Shown in pieces: positions 26,156 through 41,300 of a stretch of DNA of 64,000 bases. The stretch is from the human T2T-CHM13v2.0 reference genome, Homo sapiens. The notes under the pieces were generated by a model. The model did not search any database. It saw only the letters and a list, made by a program, of their open reading frames with translations, and was not told the origin of the DNA. Both the position numbers and the translations under genes were made by a program. The stretch lies in assembly GCF_009914755.1 (NCBI RefSeq), contig NC_060926.1; one strand, given 5' to 3'. The stretch's first letter is position 1; every line of letters starts with the position of its first letter.

Positions 26156-26934
26156 ATAAGGTTCCCTGCTCAGCTCCTGGGGCTGCTAATGCTTTGGGTT
26201 CCTGGTAAGGACAGAAGGGAGATAAGGGAGGAGAATGGAGTGTGAGGGTGAGCTCTGGGGGCCCCACTGCCTGTCCACATGCACATCTTGACCTGCAAGA
26301 AAAGGTGTATAAAGTTTAGAACTGCAAGAGTCAGAAAGAGAAGATTCCTCACTCTTATAGTTCTAAACTTCATATCCTAGAAGGACAAAGGACTTGTGCT
26401 CTCATGAAGAGTGTCACACAGGAAGAGGATAATAGTGTAGGTGACTTCTTGAGTCTCTTTTGTGCCTTGTGAATGTTGGTTCTTTTTATGCCTGGATGTT
26501 TAGGGGTATGAACCAAAGTCACACAAAAAAATCACTTAGCATAAAGTAGATAACAGAAAGAATATCATTTCAATGGTTCCCAATATTTGTACATAACCTT
26601 GCACTTCTCTCACTACTTCAGGATCCAGTGGAGATATTGTGATGACCCAGACTCCACCCTCCCTGCCCGTCAACCCTGGAGAGCCGGCCTCCATCTCCTG
26701 CAGGTCTAGTCAAAGCCTCCTGCATAGTAATGGATATACCTATTTGCATTGGTACCCGCAGAAGCCAGGGCAATCTCCACAGCTCCTGATTTATAGGGTT
26801 TCCAGTCGTTTTTCTGGGGTCCCAGACAGGTTTAGTGGCAGTGGGTCAGGCAGTGATTTCACACTGAAAATCAGCTGGGTGGAGGCTGAGGATGTTGGGG
26901 TTTATTACTGCATGCAAGCTACACAGTTTCCTAA
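26156..26934 (+). pseudogene. IGKV2D-18: Ig kappa variable 2D-18; initiation codon mutated to ATA, otherwise open (leader 26156-26204, intron 26205-26621, exon 2 26622-26934)
   Basis: (I)[19 protein letters not shown] + [57 protein letters not shown]...[10 protein letters not shown]. Confidence 0.92.
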
Positions 26935-26962
26935 CACAGTGGTACAACCCTGAACAGAAACC
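26935..26962 (+). other. 12-RSS of IGKV2D-18
   Basis: CACAGTG-gtacaaccctga-ACAGAAACC. Confidence 0.95.
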
Positions 26963-29900
26963 TCCCTTCTTGCTGTGGTTCAGCTGCCCAAATGTGTTGT
27001 TTATCTGGAAAGCAGACACTGTCGATTATCTTGGGAGAGTAAAGAGGAAGATGATGGAGAATTCAGGAGAATACATTACAGCTGAGGGCTCTTGACCATC
27101 AATATCTCGGTTACATCTCAGGTACCACAATTTAGTCCCCATCAGTTGCAAGAGTCTTGGCCTGGCAGAACTTGCAGGAGAATGGAGGGAGGTCAAGTGC
27201 CTCTGAACAACCAGTCATGTTGCAAGGGAAAGCTGAATCAAAGCTCATCGTAATCCTCTCTGCCTTGCCTAAGTTCATTCACTAACTAAATTCATTCAGC
27301 CTGACAGCCACCTAAATGAAACAGATTAGTGGCAATACAAAACTAATATATTTTTGGTTTTGATTTGGTTTAGCAGTTACTAGTGTACATGTACCTTGAC
27401 AAGATTTGGTGATACTAAAACAGTTTCTCTCCCATCTTCTACCTTCCACTTTACACTTTTCTTAACATACATCTCTCTCTGGGACAGCAGGAAGCACAGC
27501 ATTTTATCCTATTTTTTTTTCAGGGAGTGCTTGCGTGTATTTACATTCTAGACTTTGTAACTGCTAGATATGTTTTGGTAAGTTTATGCAAAAACAAAGA
27601 CCTAGTGACAAAAATCTTTGAACAATCTTATTCACAGTATGTTGAAATGAAAAGAAAATTCTATGAAATCCAAAGCTGTGTTTTAAAAATAAATATCCAA
27701 GTTTCAAAAGACAAAAGAAAAAAGGACTAAAAATGTAGCCATAGTCAAAAATGTATGCCATATTCAATGGAATCTGGATTAATATAAAATAATATATAAG
27801 CTTATGTTTTGCCCCTTGAAAAATAATAATCTATAGACTTTGGGCAGAGGGCAGTAAATGAGAATGTGAGGGCAGCTGTTAACTATGTTAGTGGTGGTGT
27901 GTTGGAGTTGATATATGAACCCAAGTGAAAGCTCTGCTGTATTTCTTGGGGAGTTGTGGGAATCCTGCGTGGAGTTCAAAACTGTGCTCTGATGCAATGG
28001 CAAACTCCCAGGGAAGTATTGCATCACACAGTCTTTAGTGACTCCAAGTTTAGAGAAGTCCCTGTCCAAATGTACCTCAGGTCATATCACACATTCCTAG
28101 TCAATCCAGCAGGATGTAGAAGACCTTGGAAAAGTAGATTCTGCCCCCATCATTTACCTGGGAATGATTTGAGAAAGAAAGGATCATTCAAGAAAGCTTA
28201 TAGTTAAAATAAAGATGATGCTGACCAGAGCAGTGCAGGGGCTGGGAAGATGAGTAGGAGGTGTAGTGGTGGGAGCCCAAAGCCCATATTTCAGACACAC
28301 ATAAAGGAAAATCAAGGCAGCATGGTAGGGGAGAACTCAGGAGAATGCAGGAGGTTTCATTGTGTCTCTCTAGCCAACCCACCCAGCTACCATTCTCAAC
28401 CCAGGCCTCAGCAAATGTCCCAAAAAAAAATTCATCCTGGTGTTAAGGGCTCCACTTGTGCCATATAATCCATAATCTGTAAGGCACGTACATGCCTCTG
28501 CCAAAGGTGAGATGAATTCCCCACTCTTGTAGAGATCTTCTGCCTGGACCAAACCAGAATCTCCAATCACGCTCGTATTTGGCAAATTTCACTAAGACAC
28601 AAAGTGACAGGAGGACACAAGGCAATATACAAAGGCATCTTTCCTCTGTGGAATTTTAGGCTATCTGTTCTTTATTTGTTCCACAACTCTCTGATGTTAT
28701 AACAAACATGATTTTTTAAGTTCATTTTTGCTCTCCTGCATTTATTGCAATTCTTGTGTCCATCTTCTAAGGCCTATTCCTCACTACTTCACTACTGAAA
28801 ATAAATTGTTCTATTAAATTACAAAGTGGGGATGTCACTTTGAATATTATATTGCAAAACATTCACATCTAGATCAATAAATGCACATGGCACATGGAAA
28901 TGAAGGAGAAAAACAACTGCAGAAATGATAATGATCATGTCAGTGTTTAAAATATTTGATACTGAATACCAAACATGGAATACTGAATTCAGTATTCCAG
29001 TAACATATGCCTAAATTACACACATATATGCTTTAAATATACTACATTTACAATAGTACTTTAATATTATTTTGATCCATAAAAGGGCATATGTATTATT
29101 TCATCATGCTATAGTAGAAGTAGATGGTTTGAATTAAATCAAAATGATCCTGCTTTTGATTAAGGACATAAGCTATATGGCAGATGGCTGCCTATTCCAA
29201 GAAAATATATCCAATGGCAAGTATACTTAATATATCTATGTATTATCTTTGCTGAGTATGTAGTTGTATGGCAATATTTATATGTAAGAAAAACAACTCA
29301 AAAGGAACTCAATCCTTCCAAGGAAAATAAATATCAGTAAGTAATTTAACATCTTTGGGGCCTTTGAAAAGGAAAGAAAAAGATGAGGCAAAATGAATGT
29401 GCAAATAAATACTGTTTGTAAAACAACAAAATATTAGGCAGTTATATATCAGTAGTACTCTATAAAAGAAATGCTAAAGACAGTTCTGCAACAGAAGGAA
29501 TGCAAGACTAAATAGAAACATAAAGATACATAAGAGATGGACACTGGAAAGGATATGTATAGGAATAAATACAAACTAATATTTGCGCACAACTATAGAT
29601 GTCATGGTTTGTGAATTTTGCAATGCATATATAACTGAATTGCATGAAAAATAACACGAAAAAGTAGTGTAAATGGAATTAAAAAATCTAACTCTATTTT
29701 AGGAAGTGGTAAATTAATATTTGGTACTAGGAAGTAATAAGTTGAGGATAGCTGCTGTATAATAAATGATTGTATGTTTAACAAGTTAATGCAAGGAAAA
29801 ATATAATAAAATGTCTAATCCAAAGGAAAGCAAGAAAGCAGGAAATCTGAAAAAAAAAGGATGGTAGATTTAACTCTAACTACCAATAATTTAGACATCA

Positions 29901-30798
29901 TAAACAGACAAATTTCTCTAAGTAAAATTTTTAAATTATTAAACAAGATTAAAATGAAAGGTTTATGCTGCTTATAAAATACACACTGCAATAATATCAT
30001 AAAATGACTTTGAAAATTAAAAAACGGAAAGTACATATCATGCAAAAACTGAATTGACGAAACCTGACTTATACTTTAAGGCGAAGGAGAAAAGGGGACA
30101 TTTCATAATGATAAGTGGGTCAATCTATTAGGAAATCATTAAAATACTAAATCTATATAGACCCAAAATATAACTTAAAAGTATATAAATAAAAAATTGA
30201 TTAAATAAAGAAAAAGTCAACTCCATGTTATGGTGGGAGACTTTATGCTCAAGAGGTGATAGAAAAGCAGAAAATAACATAATAAGGATTTAAAAGATTT
30301 GATCAATATAATTACCACATTTGACATAGTTAAAGAAGAAAAAAGGTATATGGTCGTCTCAATTGGTATAGAAAGAAGCACTGGACAAAATTTAGACCCT
30401 GTTTATGTAAAAATGTCCTAGAAAATTAGAAATGGAAAAATACCTTCCTTACCTCTTAGAGAATACACAGGCAGACAGAGAGACAGACAGACACACACAC
30501 ACACACACACACACACAATCACATTAAATGCTGAAAAATTGTTTTTCTTCATTTTGGAATTAGATATTTTTAAAAGATGTAAAGTATCATCATTCCTAGA
30601 TAATACTGTACTGGACCTCTTACTAGTATAAAGGGCAAGAAAAAGAAATAAAATACATGAGTACTGGAAATAAAGAAAACGAATAGTTATTATTTGTAGA
30701 TGGTATAATTGTTTGGATAGTAAACCAAAACCACAATCTAGAGGTCTTCTTTAACATTTTAATAATGTTTTGTACAGTATCAAGACTTCACATCTTAG

Positions 30799-31247
<449 letters not shown>

Positions 31248-32686
31248 TCATTCAAAAGTATGTATTTGCCTTTACTACAGTTACCTGATTTTTAAATTGT
31301 CCTTTGAATCGTGTACTAGCTAATAACATTAAATTGACTTTTAGAAATAAAATTATATATGTTCCTTATAAAAATTCTATGGGCATCCCTACCAGATTTA
31401 GATACTTGACTTTCTGAATTTATTTCCGAAAATAAGTTCTCTGTTTATTATTGATTCACCAAGAAAAAATAAGTAAAGAAATATTTTCCTATTAACACCC
31501 TCGTCTCTATGAGAAATCATCAGCTCTATGTAACTATTTTTGCCAACTGCAAGCCCATTTGCTGATTGTCTACTGAAGCTCTTGGCATAAAAATACAACA
31601 GTGAGTTCTAGAGAAGACCTGATCCTGTGCTGCCTGGATCATAAGAGAAAGACCAATAAAATAATGGAGTATATACCTGAAATTTTGAATAGTCAAGCAT
31701 TCCAATCGGTGTATTATTTTCTCAGAATGTATTTATTGAAAATTCAAAGCACAAAAAGAATGCAATTTAGCAAGCACTTACTTAATAGGGCAAGGATGAT
31801 ACAGTGTTTAGTAAGGTACCTTCTAGAGCTGTGGTCAAGACAGATTTTGGTGGTCCTCCTCTTTCAGTAAAAAAAGACAATGATTTGTTGATTTCTCCTA
31901 TGTGCCTAGGAAAGGTGAGTGGCAACATATTCGAGATATAACTAATTCTGTTACAGAGCAAAAACCAGTGATATCTTCTCAGTAGCATTTTTTGTCTAAT
32001 ATGTAAACTCAGAAAATAATTATTAATTAATAAATAATTTTAGCTGCTTTAAAATTACGCATTTTCAAATATGTTCCTAGGTGCCTCTTTTCTTGCAGTT
32101 CAAGAAATTAACTTGCAGTTCAAATATGAATTCACCTGATAAGAAAAGAATAGTGTGTCTTAGCAGATATTACAGTACATTGCACAAAACCTTCACATAT
32201 CTAGGACTCAAAAATATATTTGACACATTTTAAACATGAAAATATTATTAAATTAGTGATTCAGACATTTAATTAATCTTTTAAGGTAATTTGTGCATTG
32301 GCTTTTTGTTAGACATATCAACACTTCAATTTTTTATTTCTATGTTTGAATTTAAATATATTTAAATTGGTTTAATACAATTATAAAATCAAATTTCAAT
32401 AAGCAACAAGGAAGTAAACTCTATAAAATATATCAAATACTTAACCATAAATGTTTGCAATAAACTCTGAAATAAAGATTACAATATTATATTGAAACAG
32501 TGGCAAGTTCACAAAGAAGTATGTTAAGGCTCACAATAATGAGCAACAAATTAAAGGCAAAACTGACCTGTATATAATCACATTACTTTATCCAGTCTGT
32601 CACTGATGGACATTTAGGTTGACTCCATGTCTGCTACTGCGAATAGTGCTGAAATGAACATTCACGTGCATATGTCTTCATAATAG

Positions 32687-32794
<108 letters not shown>

Positions 32795-33895
32795 TGAACT
32801 AATTTATACTCCCACCAAGAGTATATAAGCATTCGTTTTTCTCCACATCCTCTCCAGCATTTATTTTTTGACATTTTGGTAATACCAGTTCTAACTGGTG
32901 TGAGATGATATCTCGTTGTGGTTTTGATTTGCATTTCTCTAACAATCAGTGATATTGAACTTTTTTCCATATAAGTGTTGGCCACTTGTAAGTCTTTTGA
33001 AAAGTATCTGTTCATGTCCTCTGCCCACTTTTTAATGGAGCTATTTTTTTCTTGTAAATTTGTTTAAGTTCTTTATAGATGCTGGATATTAAACTGTTGT
33101 CAGATGCAGAGTTTGCAAACATTTTCTCCCTTTCTATAGGTTGTCTGTTTATTCTGCTGATAGTATCTTTGGCTGTGCAGAAGATCTTTAGTTTAATTAA
33201 ATCCCATTTGTCAATCTTTGCTTCTGTTGCAATAGCTTTTGGTGTCTTTGTAATGAAATATTTGCCCATGTCTATGTCCTGAATGGTATTGCCTAGGTTG
33301 TCTTCCAGGATTTTTAGAGTTTTTGGGTTTTACATTTAAGTCTGTAATCCATCGTTAGTTAATTTTTGTATATGGTGTAAGGAAGGGGTCCAGTTTCAAT
33401 CTTCTGCATATGGCTACCCAGTTATCCCAGCACAATTTCTTGAATAGGGAATCCTTTCTCCATTGCTTGCTTTTGTCAAATTTGTCAAAGATCAGATAGT
33501 TGTAGGTATGCAGTCTTATTTGCAGGTTCTCTATTCTGTTCCATTGATCTATGTATCTGTTTTTGTACCAGTACCATGCTGTCTTGGTTACTGTAGCCTT
33601 GTAGTATAGTCTGAAGTCAGGCAGTGTAATGCCTCCAGCTTTGTGCTTTTTGTTTACAATTGCTTTGACTATTTGGGCTCTTTTTTGGTTCCATATAAAT
33701 TTTAAAACAGTTTTTTTCTAGTTTGTAGATAATCACAATGGTACTTTAATGATAATAGCATTGAATATATAAATTGCTTTTGGCAATATGGTCATTATAA
33801 CGAAATTCATTCTTCCTGTCTATGAACATGGAATGTTTTTCCATTTAATTGTGTCATTTCTGATTTCTTTGAGCAATGTTTTATAGTCCTCTTTA

Positions 33896-34425
<530 letters not shown>

Positions 34426-35025
34426 GGAAATCATGTCATATGCAGCAAGGATAGTTTGACTTCCTCTCTTCCTGTTTGGGTGCCTTTTATTTCCTTCTTT
34501 TGCCTGATTGCTCTGGTCAGTACTTCTAACACCATGCTGTTAGGATTAGTGGAGAGAGGGCATCATTGTCTTGTTACAGTTTTCAAGGGGAAAGCTTCTA
34601 ACTTTTGCCCACTCAGTGTGATGCTGGCTATGGCTTCGTTCTAAATGTCTCTTATTATTTTGAGGTATGTTCCTTCAATATCTAGTTTGTTGAGAGTTTT
34701 TAACATAAAGGGATGTTAAATTTTATCAAATGTCTTTTCCGCATCTATTGAGATGATCAAGCCATTTCTGTGCTTAGTTCTGTTTGTGTGATGAATTATA
34801 TTTATTTATTTGCATATGTTGAACCAAACTTATATCCTGTGGATAAAGTCTCTTGATCATGGTAGATTAGCTCTTTGATATGTTGCTGGATTTGATTTGC
34901 TAGTATTTTGCTGAGGATTTTTACATCGATATTCATCAACCATATTGGCTTGAAGTTGTTGTTGCATCTCTGCCAGGTTTTGGTATGATGCTGGCCTCAT
35001 AGAATGAGTTAGGGAGGAGTCCCTC

Positions 35026-35028
<3 letters not shown>

Positions 35029-35072
<44 letters not shown>

Positions 35073-35365
35073 TTTTTTTTTTTGAGACAGAGTCTTACTC
35101 TGTTGCCCAGGCTGGAGTGCAGTGATGTGATCTCGGCTCACTGCAAGCCCCACCTCCCGGGTTCAAGCAATTGTCCAGCCCCAGCCTCCCATGTAGCTGA
35201 GATTACAGGCACATGCCACCATGCCAGCCTAATTTTTCTGTTTTTAGTACAGACGGGGTTTTACCATGTTGGCCAGGCTGGTCTCGAACTCCTGACCTCA
35301 GGTGATTCACCCACCTCGGACTCCCAAAGTGCTGGAATTACAGGCATGAGTGACCAAACCCAGCC
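35029..35365 (-). mobile_element. AluS with (TA)n tail inside L1
   Basis: (TA)n 35029-35070, poly(T), gagacagagtcttactctgttgccc...caggcatgagtgacc. Confidence 0.92.
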
Positions 35366-38300
35366 TTTCCTCTTCACTTTTTTGGAATACCTTTAGTAGG
35401 AATGGTAACAGCTCTTCTTTGTACATCTGATAGAATTCAGTTGTGAATCCATTTGGACCTGGGATTTTTTTGGTTAGTAGGCTATTTATTACTGATTCAA
35501 TTACAAGCTCATTTTTGCTCACTTCAGGGACTCAATTTCTTTCTGGTTCAGTCTTGGGAGGGTGTATGCACCCAGGAATTTATCTATTTCTTCTAGATTT
35601 TCTAGTTATTGTGCATAGAGGTGTTCATAGTAGTCTCTGATGGTTAGTTGTATTTCTGTGGGGTCAGTGATAATGTCCTTTTGTCACTTCTAATTTTATG
35701 TATTTGGATACTCACTCTTTTCTTCTTTATTAGTCTAGCTAGTGGTCTATTTATCTCATTAGCTTTTTCAAAATAAAAACAGGCACTGGCTTCATTGATC
35801 TTTTGAATTTTTTTGTGTGTCTTATCTACTTCAGTTCAACTCTGATTTTGGTTATTTCTTGTTTTCTGCTAGATTTGGAATTGGTTTTCCCTTGCTTCTC
35901 TAGTTCTTTTAGTTGTGATGTTAGGCTGTTAATCTGAGGTATAACTTTCTGATGTGGGCATTTAGTGCTATAAATTTCCCTCTTAACACTGCCTAACCTG
36001 TGTCCCAGAGATTCTGGTATATTGTATCTTTGTTCTCATTCATTTCAAAGAACGTTTTGATTTCTGCCTTAACTTCATTATTTACCCAAGTCATTCAGGA
36101 GCATGTTGTTTAATTTCCATGGTTTTGAGTTATTTTCTTAGTCTTGAATTCTACATTCATTTTTCTGTGGTCCAAGAGAGAGGTTGGTATGATTTTGGTT
36201 CTTTTGCACTTGCTGAATATTGATGTATGTCCGATTGTGCGGTCAATTTTAGCATATGTGCCATGTGGTGATGAGAATATATATATTCTGTTGTTTTGGG
36301 GTGAAGAGTTCTGCAGATTTCTATAAGGTCCATTTGATCCAGGGTTGAGTCCAAGTCCTGAATATCTTTGTTAATTTTCTGCCTCAGAAAATTAATTATA
36401 CAGATTATAATCTGTATAATACTGTCAGTGGGGTGTTGAAATCTCCCACTATTATTGTGTGGGAATCTAAGTCTCCTTGAAAGTGTCTAAGAACTTTCTT
36501 TATGAATCTAGGTGATCTTGAGCTGGCAGCATATAGATTTAGAGTAACTAGATCTTCTTGGTGAATTGAACCCTTTACTGTTATGTAATGCCCTTCTTTG
36601 TCTTTTTGATTTTTGTTGACTTAAAGTCTGTTTCATCTGAAATTAGAATTAAAATCCTGTTTTTTTTCTGTTTTCCATTTGCTTGGTAGATTTTTCTCCA
36701 TCCCTTTATATGAGTCCATGGGCTTCATTGCATGTGAGATGGGTCTCCTTAAGGCAGCATAACATTTGGTCTTGCTTCTTTATCCAGCTTGCCACCCTGT
36801 GTCTTTTAAGTGGGGCGTTTAGCCTGTTGACATTCAAGGTTAGTATTGATATGTTAGATTTGATACCACCATCATGCTGTTAGCCTGTTATTTTGCCAAC
36901 TTGTTTGTGTGGTTGCTTTATAATGTCACTGGTCTGTGTACTTCAGTGTGTTTTTATAGTGGCTGATAACAGTGTTTCATTTCCATATTTAGTGCTTCTT
37001 CCAGAAGCTTGTGTTAGGCAGGTCTGGTGGTAACAAATTTCCTGAGCATTTGCTTGTCTGAAAAGGATCTTATTTCTCCTTTGCTTCCGAAGCTTAGTTT
37101 GTCCAAATATGAAATTCTTAGTTGGAATTTATTTTCTTTAAGAATGTTAAATATAGGCCCCCAGTCTCTTCTGCTGAGAGGTCTTCTGTTAGTCTGATGG
37201 CTTCCCTTTGTAGGTGATCTGTTTTTTCTCTCTAGCTGCCTTTAACATTTTTTTTCTTTCATTTTAACCTTTGAGAATTGAAGATTATGTGTCTTGGGGA
37301 TGATCTTGTGAAGTATTTTGTTATGGTTCTCTGCATTTCCTGAATTTGAATGTTGGCCTCTCTAGCTAAATTGGGAAAGCTCTCATGGATGATGTCCTGA
37401 AATATGTTTTCCAGATTTCTTCCATTCTCCCCTATCCTTTTCAGAAATGCCAATGAGTAATAGATATTTCTTGAAGGTTTTGTTCATTTTTTTATTCTTT
37501 TTTTAAAATTTTTGTCTGCCTATCTTATTGCAGAAAGCCAGTCTTCGAGCTCTGAGATTTTGCCTCAGCTTGGCCTATTCTGCTGTTAACACATGTGATT
37601 TCATTATGAAACTCTTGTATTGTGTTTTTAGCTCTATCTGGTAAGTTATATTCTTTTCCAAAATACTGACTATTTTGTCTGTCAGTTCCTGTATCAATTT
37701 ATTGTGATTTTTAGCTTCCTTAGGTAGGTTTCAACAATCTCCTGAATTTCAATGATCTTTGTTCTTATTTATATTCTTAATTCTGTTTCTTTTATTTCAG
37801 CAATCTTGGCCCAGTTAAGAACCCCTTGCTGGAGAACTAGTCTGGCACTTGAAGAAAAGAAGGCACTCTGTCTTTTTGAGATTTAAGAGTTCTTGTGCTA
37901 GTTCCTTCTCATCTTTGTGGGCTTTCAGTCTTTGAAGTGGCTGTCCTTTGATTTGGTTCTTGTTTTTTTTTTCTTTTATTCTATTTGATAACCTTGAAGG
38001 TTTGATTGTGTTATAAGCTGGGTTCAGTCAATTGGCTTCATTTCTGGAAGATTTTATGGAGCCAAGGCACAGCTCAGGACTCTTGGACTGCATGCTCTAA
38101 CCCTTGGGGACAGGTATTGGTACCCACCTTTGTTCTCTGGCTCCTCAAGGTTAAGAACCTGATGCACTGGAGGGGCCAAGGTGCTCTTGGACCGCTGGTC
38201 ACAACACTTCTGTGGGTGGTGCCAGCCAAAGCAGTTCATAGGGTGGTGGCAGTGGGATCCATCCTTGTTTGTATGTGTCAGCAGCAATGGCAGCCACAGG

Positions 38301-41300
38301 TGTGCACTCATCAGCTGTGGCAGGGTGCTAGTGGGTGCTGGGGTGCCAGCTTCCATGCAAGCATTTTCAGCAGTGACAGTGGCAGCATGACTCATAGGGG
38401 GAGTGGGGCCTGCCAGTGACTGTACACACGTTTGAGCTGGTGGTGTATTAACACAGGGGTGGGGAATTGGTAGGCACAGGACTGTATGCAGACTCTGTGC
38501 ATGTTCACGTGGGCAGTGGTGGCCACTCAAGGTGGGGGTGTGTTCACTTTTCACTATGCCTTTTTTTGTGCCAGCTAACAGTGTCAGCACAGACAAAGTG
38601 GCACAGGGGAGTCTGTGCACAAGGGATGCTGCAGTGGTGGAATAACACTGGAGGCCTGGTATATGTCCATGGGAGCCACTCTGCTGGAGCATTTTCCCTG
38701 TCAGATGCAATCTGCCAGTGCAGGAGCTATGATGTGGGCCCCCAGGATGTACCTAGGGGCTGCAATGCAAGCAGGAATGGTAAGGCTGTGGCCCCGGGAG
38801 ACAGTAGCAGCCCAAGGGACAGTCAGATCATATTGGCCCTGTTTCATGGACAAGATCACTCTGCAGAGTTTATGTCATACAGTTCCCCTAGGACTAAAGT
38901 CTCCTGTGGGAGCAAGTTGAGCCTAGGGGGATGAGTGTCCCTGGCCATATTCCACTACAGACACTCCTGCACCAAACACTCTGGGCTCTGTGCTGGCTGG
39001 AATTCTGTCCCTATCATTTCTCTAAGTAGCTCTCCCTGACAAATCAAGTGTCTTTGGTGTTCAAGGGATTCCAGACACCTAAGTTGCTCTTTGTTGGTTC
39101 AACTCATCCCTATCACAGGAGTCACTGGGAGCCAGGAATGTGTCCTGGTACATGGTAGCCCCACACAGTGTTCCCAGCTTCCTCCCCCTTCAGCCCAGCA
39201 TCTTCGTCTTCCCTTCATCTATTCTCAGTGCCTTCCCTCTGAAGATCTGCTAGAAGTGCACCAGTCTTTCTAATGTCCCAGTCCCTTGGTGCAAGCTCTT
39301 CCTCCTGGCTGTGACTAGTCAGCCATCTTGGAGCAGCTGTCGTGGAAATAGAATTCTATGTTGGCAGGTCTTTTCTTTCATTACTTGAAATGGTGTTATT
39401 TCCTTCTAACCTTCATAGTTTCTGAGAAGGAATTCTCTGCCATTCAAATCATTTTTCCCCTAAAGTTTACAAGTAGTTTTTTAAAAATTCTGCCTTTAAA
39501 GATTTTCTTTGTGTTTAGTTTTTAGAAGTTTGACTAGGATATGCCTTACCATAGATTTCTTTTTATCTTGTGTCTACATCCATTTCCTTTTGGCCTATTT
39601 TCCCACTGTTGTTTAGATTGGATAATAGTAATTACCCAATTACTAGTAGATAATTATTATCTATTATCTATTATCACTTTCCTGTGTCTACTCTTTTCTG
39701 CTATTAGGCCATACACTGAGCTGCTCATACAGTGATTGTATCTTTCAATTCTTAAATTTCCATTTTTCTTTTATAAAATTTCATATTTCATTCTTGATGC
39801 CATTATTTCATTTGTCTCAAGCTTTTTTTGCAATTGTTCATTGATGCATTTTTATGATGGCTGCTTTAAAATCCTTTTAAGATAATTTTAACATATCTGT
39901 CATATAAGGGCTAAATAGCTACTAGTTTTCCTTTCCCATTCAAGTAGAGATTTTCTTAATTTTTGGTATAAAAACTGCAATTTGATTGATATATGGACCT
40001 TTTCGATGTTGTGTTATAGTCCCGGACGTGATATTTTGAATGTTCTAACAAGCTCCCAGTTCATGAAAATGCTGTGGCTGCTGGACTACAGAGGCAAAGA
40101 GCCAATTAGATAAAAGGTTTTCTATCCTACTTGCATCTATAAATATTCTGGGAAGATTTTTAAACATGCGGGTGCCTGAACTCCAGTCAAGTATTTCTAG
40201 CCAACTAGGCTAGGATAAGAGCAGGCAGCAATACTTTTAAAATATTCCCATTTGATTCTACTATGTGGCTAGAATTACCTTGAAAAGGGTGATTCATAGC
40301 TTTCAGGTGTGAATGAACACCTGAAAATGAACACACATGATACATGTTGCTGAGGGAAGTATATTGTAAGACACAAAACTAAAAAATTTCCATGCATTTT
40401 TTAAGCCTTGAAGGTTTTTGCTATAGTGGCACTTCTCCTGAAAGAGCTGGAGCAATGGAGCCACTTAGAAATATTTTCCTTTTCCTACCTTATTTTAATT
40501 ATTTGTAATTTTACTTTACATTAGTTGAGGATTAATTATCATCTAATTATGGTGTGTGTTCTTCAATCCAGACATATTCCCAGATATATTCCTCCTCTAA
40601 CCAAAAATGTAGCAGAAAACGATCTTTTCATGATAGTTTTACTATTTGCTGAAATAGGTATGTTTGGTTGCCTTCTTGTATACTGGCATGAGGAACCCTG
40701 CTTTACCACAGCTTGAGGTTTAGCTTCAGGATTATCTACAGTAGTCCCAAGTAGAAGCACATACTCCCGGATATCCAGGAGTAGATGTCTGTGGCCAACA
40801 GGGCCTAAAATTGCATTACTGGACACACATGTCCGCCAGCTGGGTTCCTGTGTAGGATGACTAAAGAGTCTGCTCGTACTCCTGGCCCTTGGCTTCCTGA
40901 ACCATTACTTCATTCTACTATGGTCATTGATTTAAAGATTCAGAACACCTTGAGGGAGAGCATCTAAAATCTGCAGAATATTATACCCTTGTGGATTTCT
41001 TTGCGTGATATATTTGGTAGAACCAATGGATGCTATAATCACGTGGCTATTATTTTGTTTCTTTCCCCACAATGTAGGAACATGGTTCTGAAATATTCCC
41101 ATATTAATACAAAAAATGCTCTCAGAGCACTGAGATAGCCAATTGTCTATGGGCAGGAAAGGTAAACATACATCTAGAATACAGGAGGATCCTAGTTAGG
41201 ATGCATCACAGTCACCTCCAGGGGACAGTGATCTGATATCCCAAATAACCACCCACTTGTTGAAGATATTTGTCTCTGCTGCTGAGAAGTTGGATACCCA

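Noticed and set aside
38006-38934. Cluster of long overlapping ORFs (up to 218 aa)
   Set aside because: They lie in the GC-rich 5'UTR of the minus-strand L1 and show no recognisable protein similarity.
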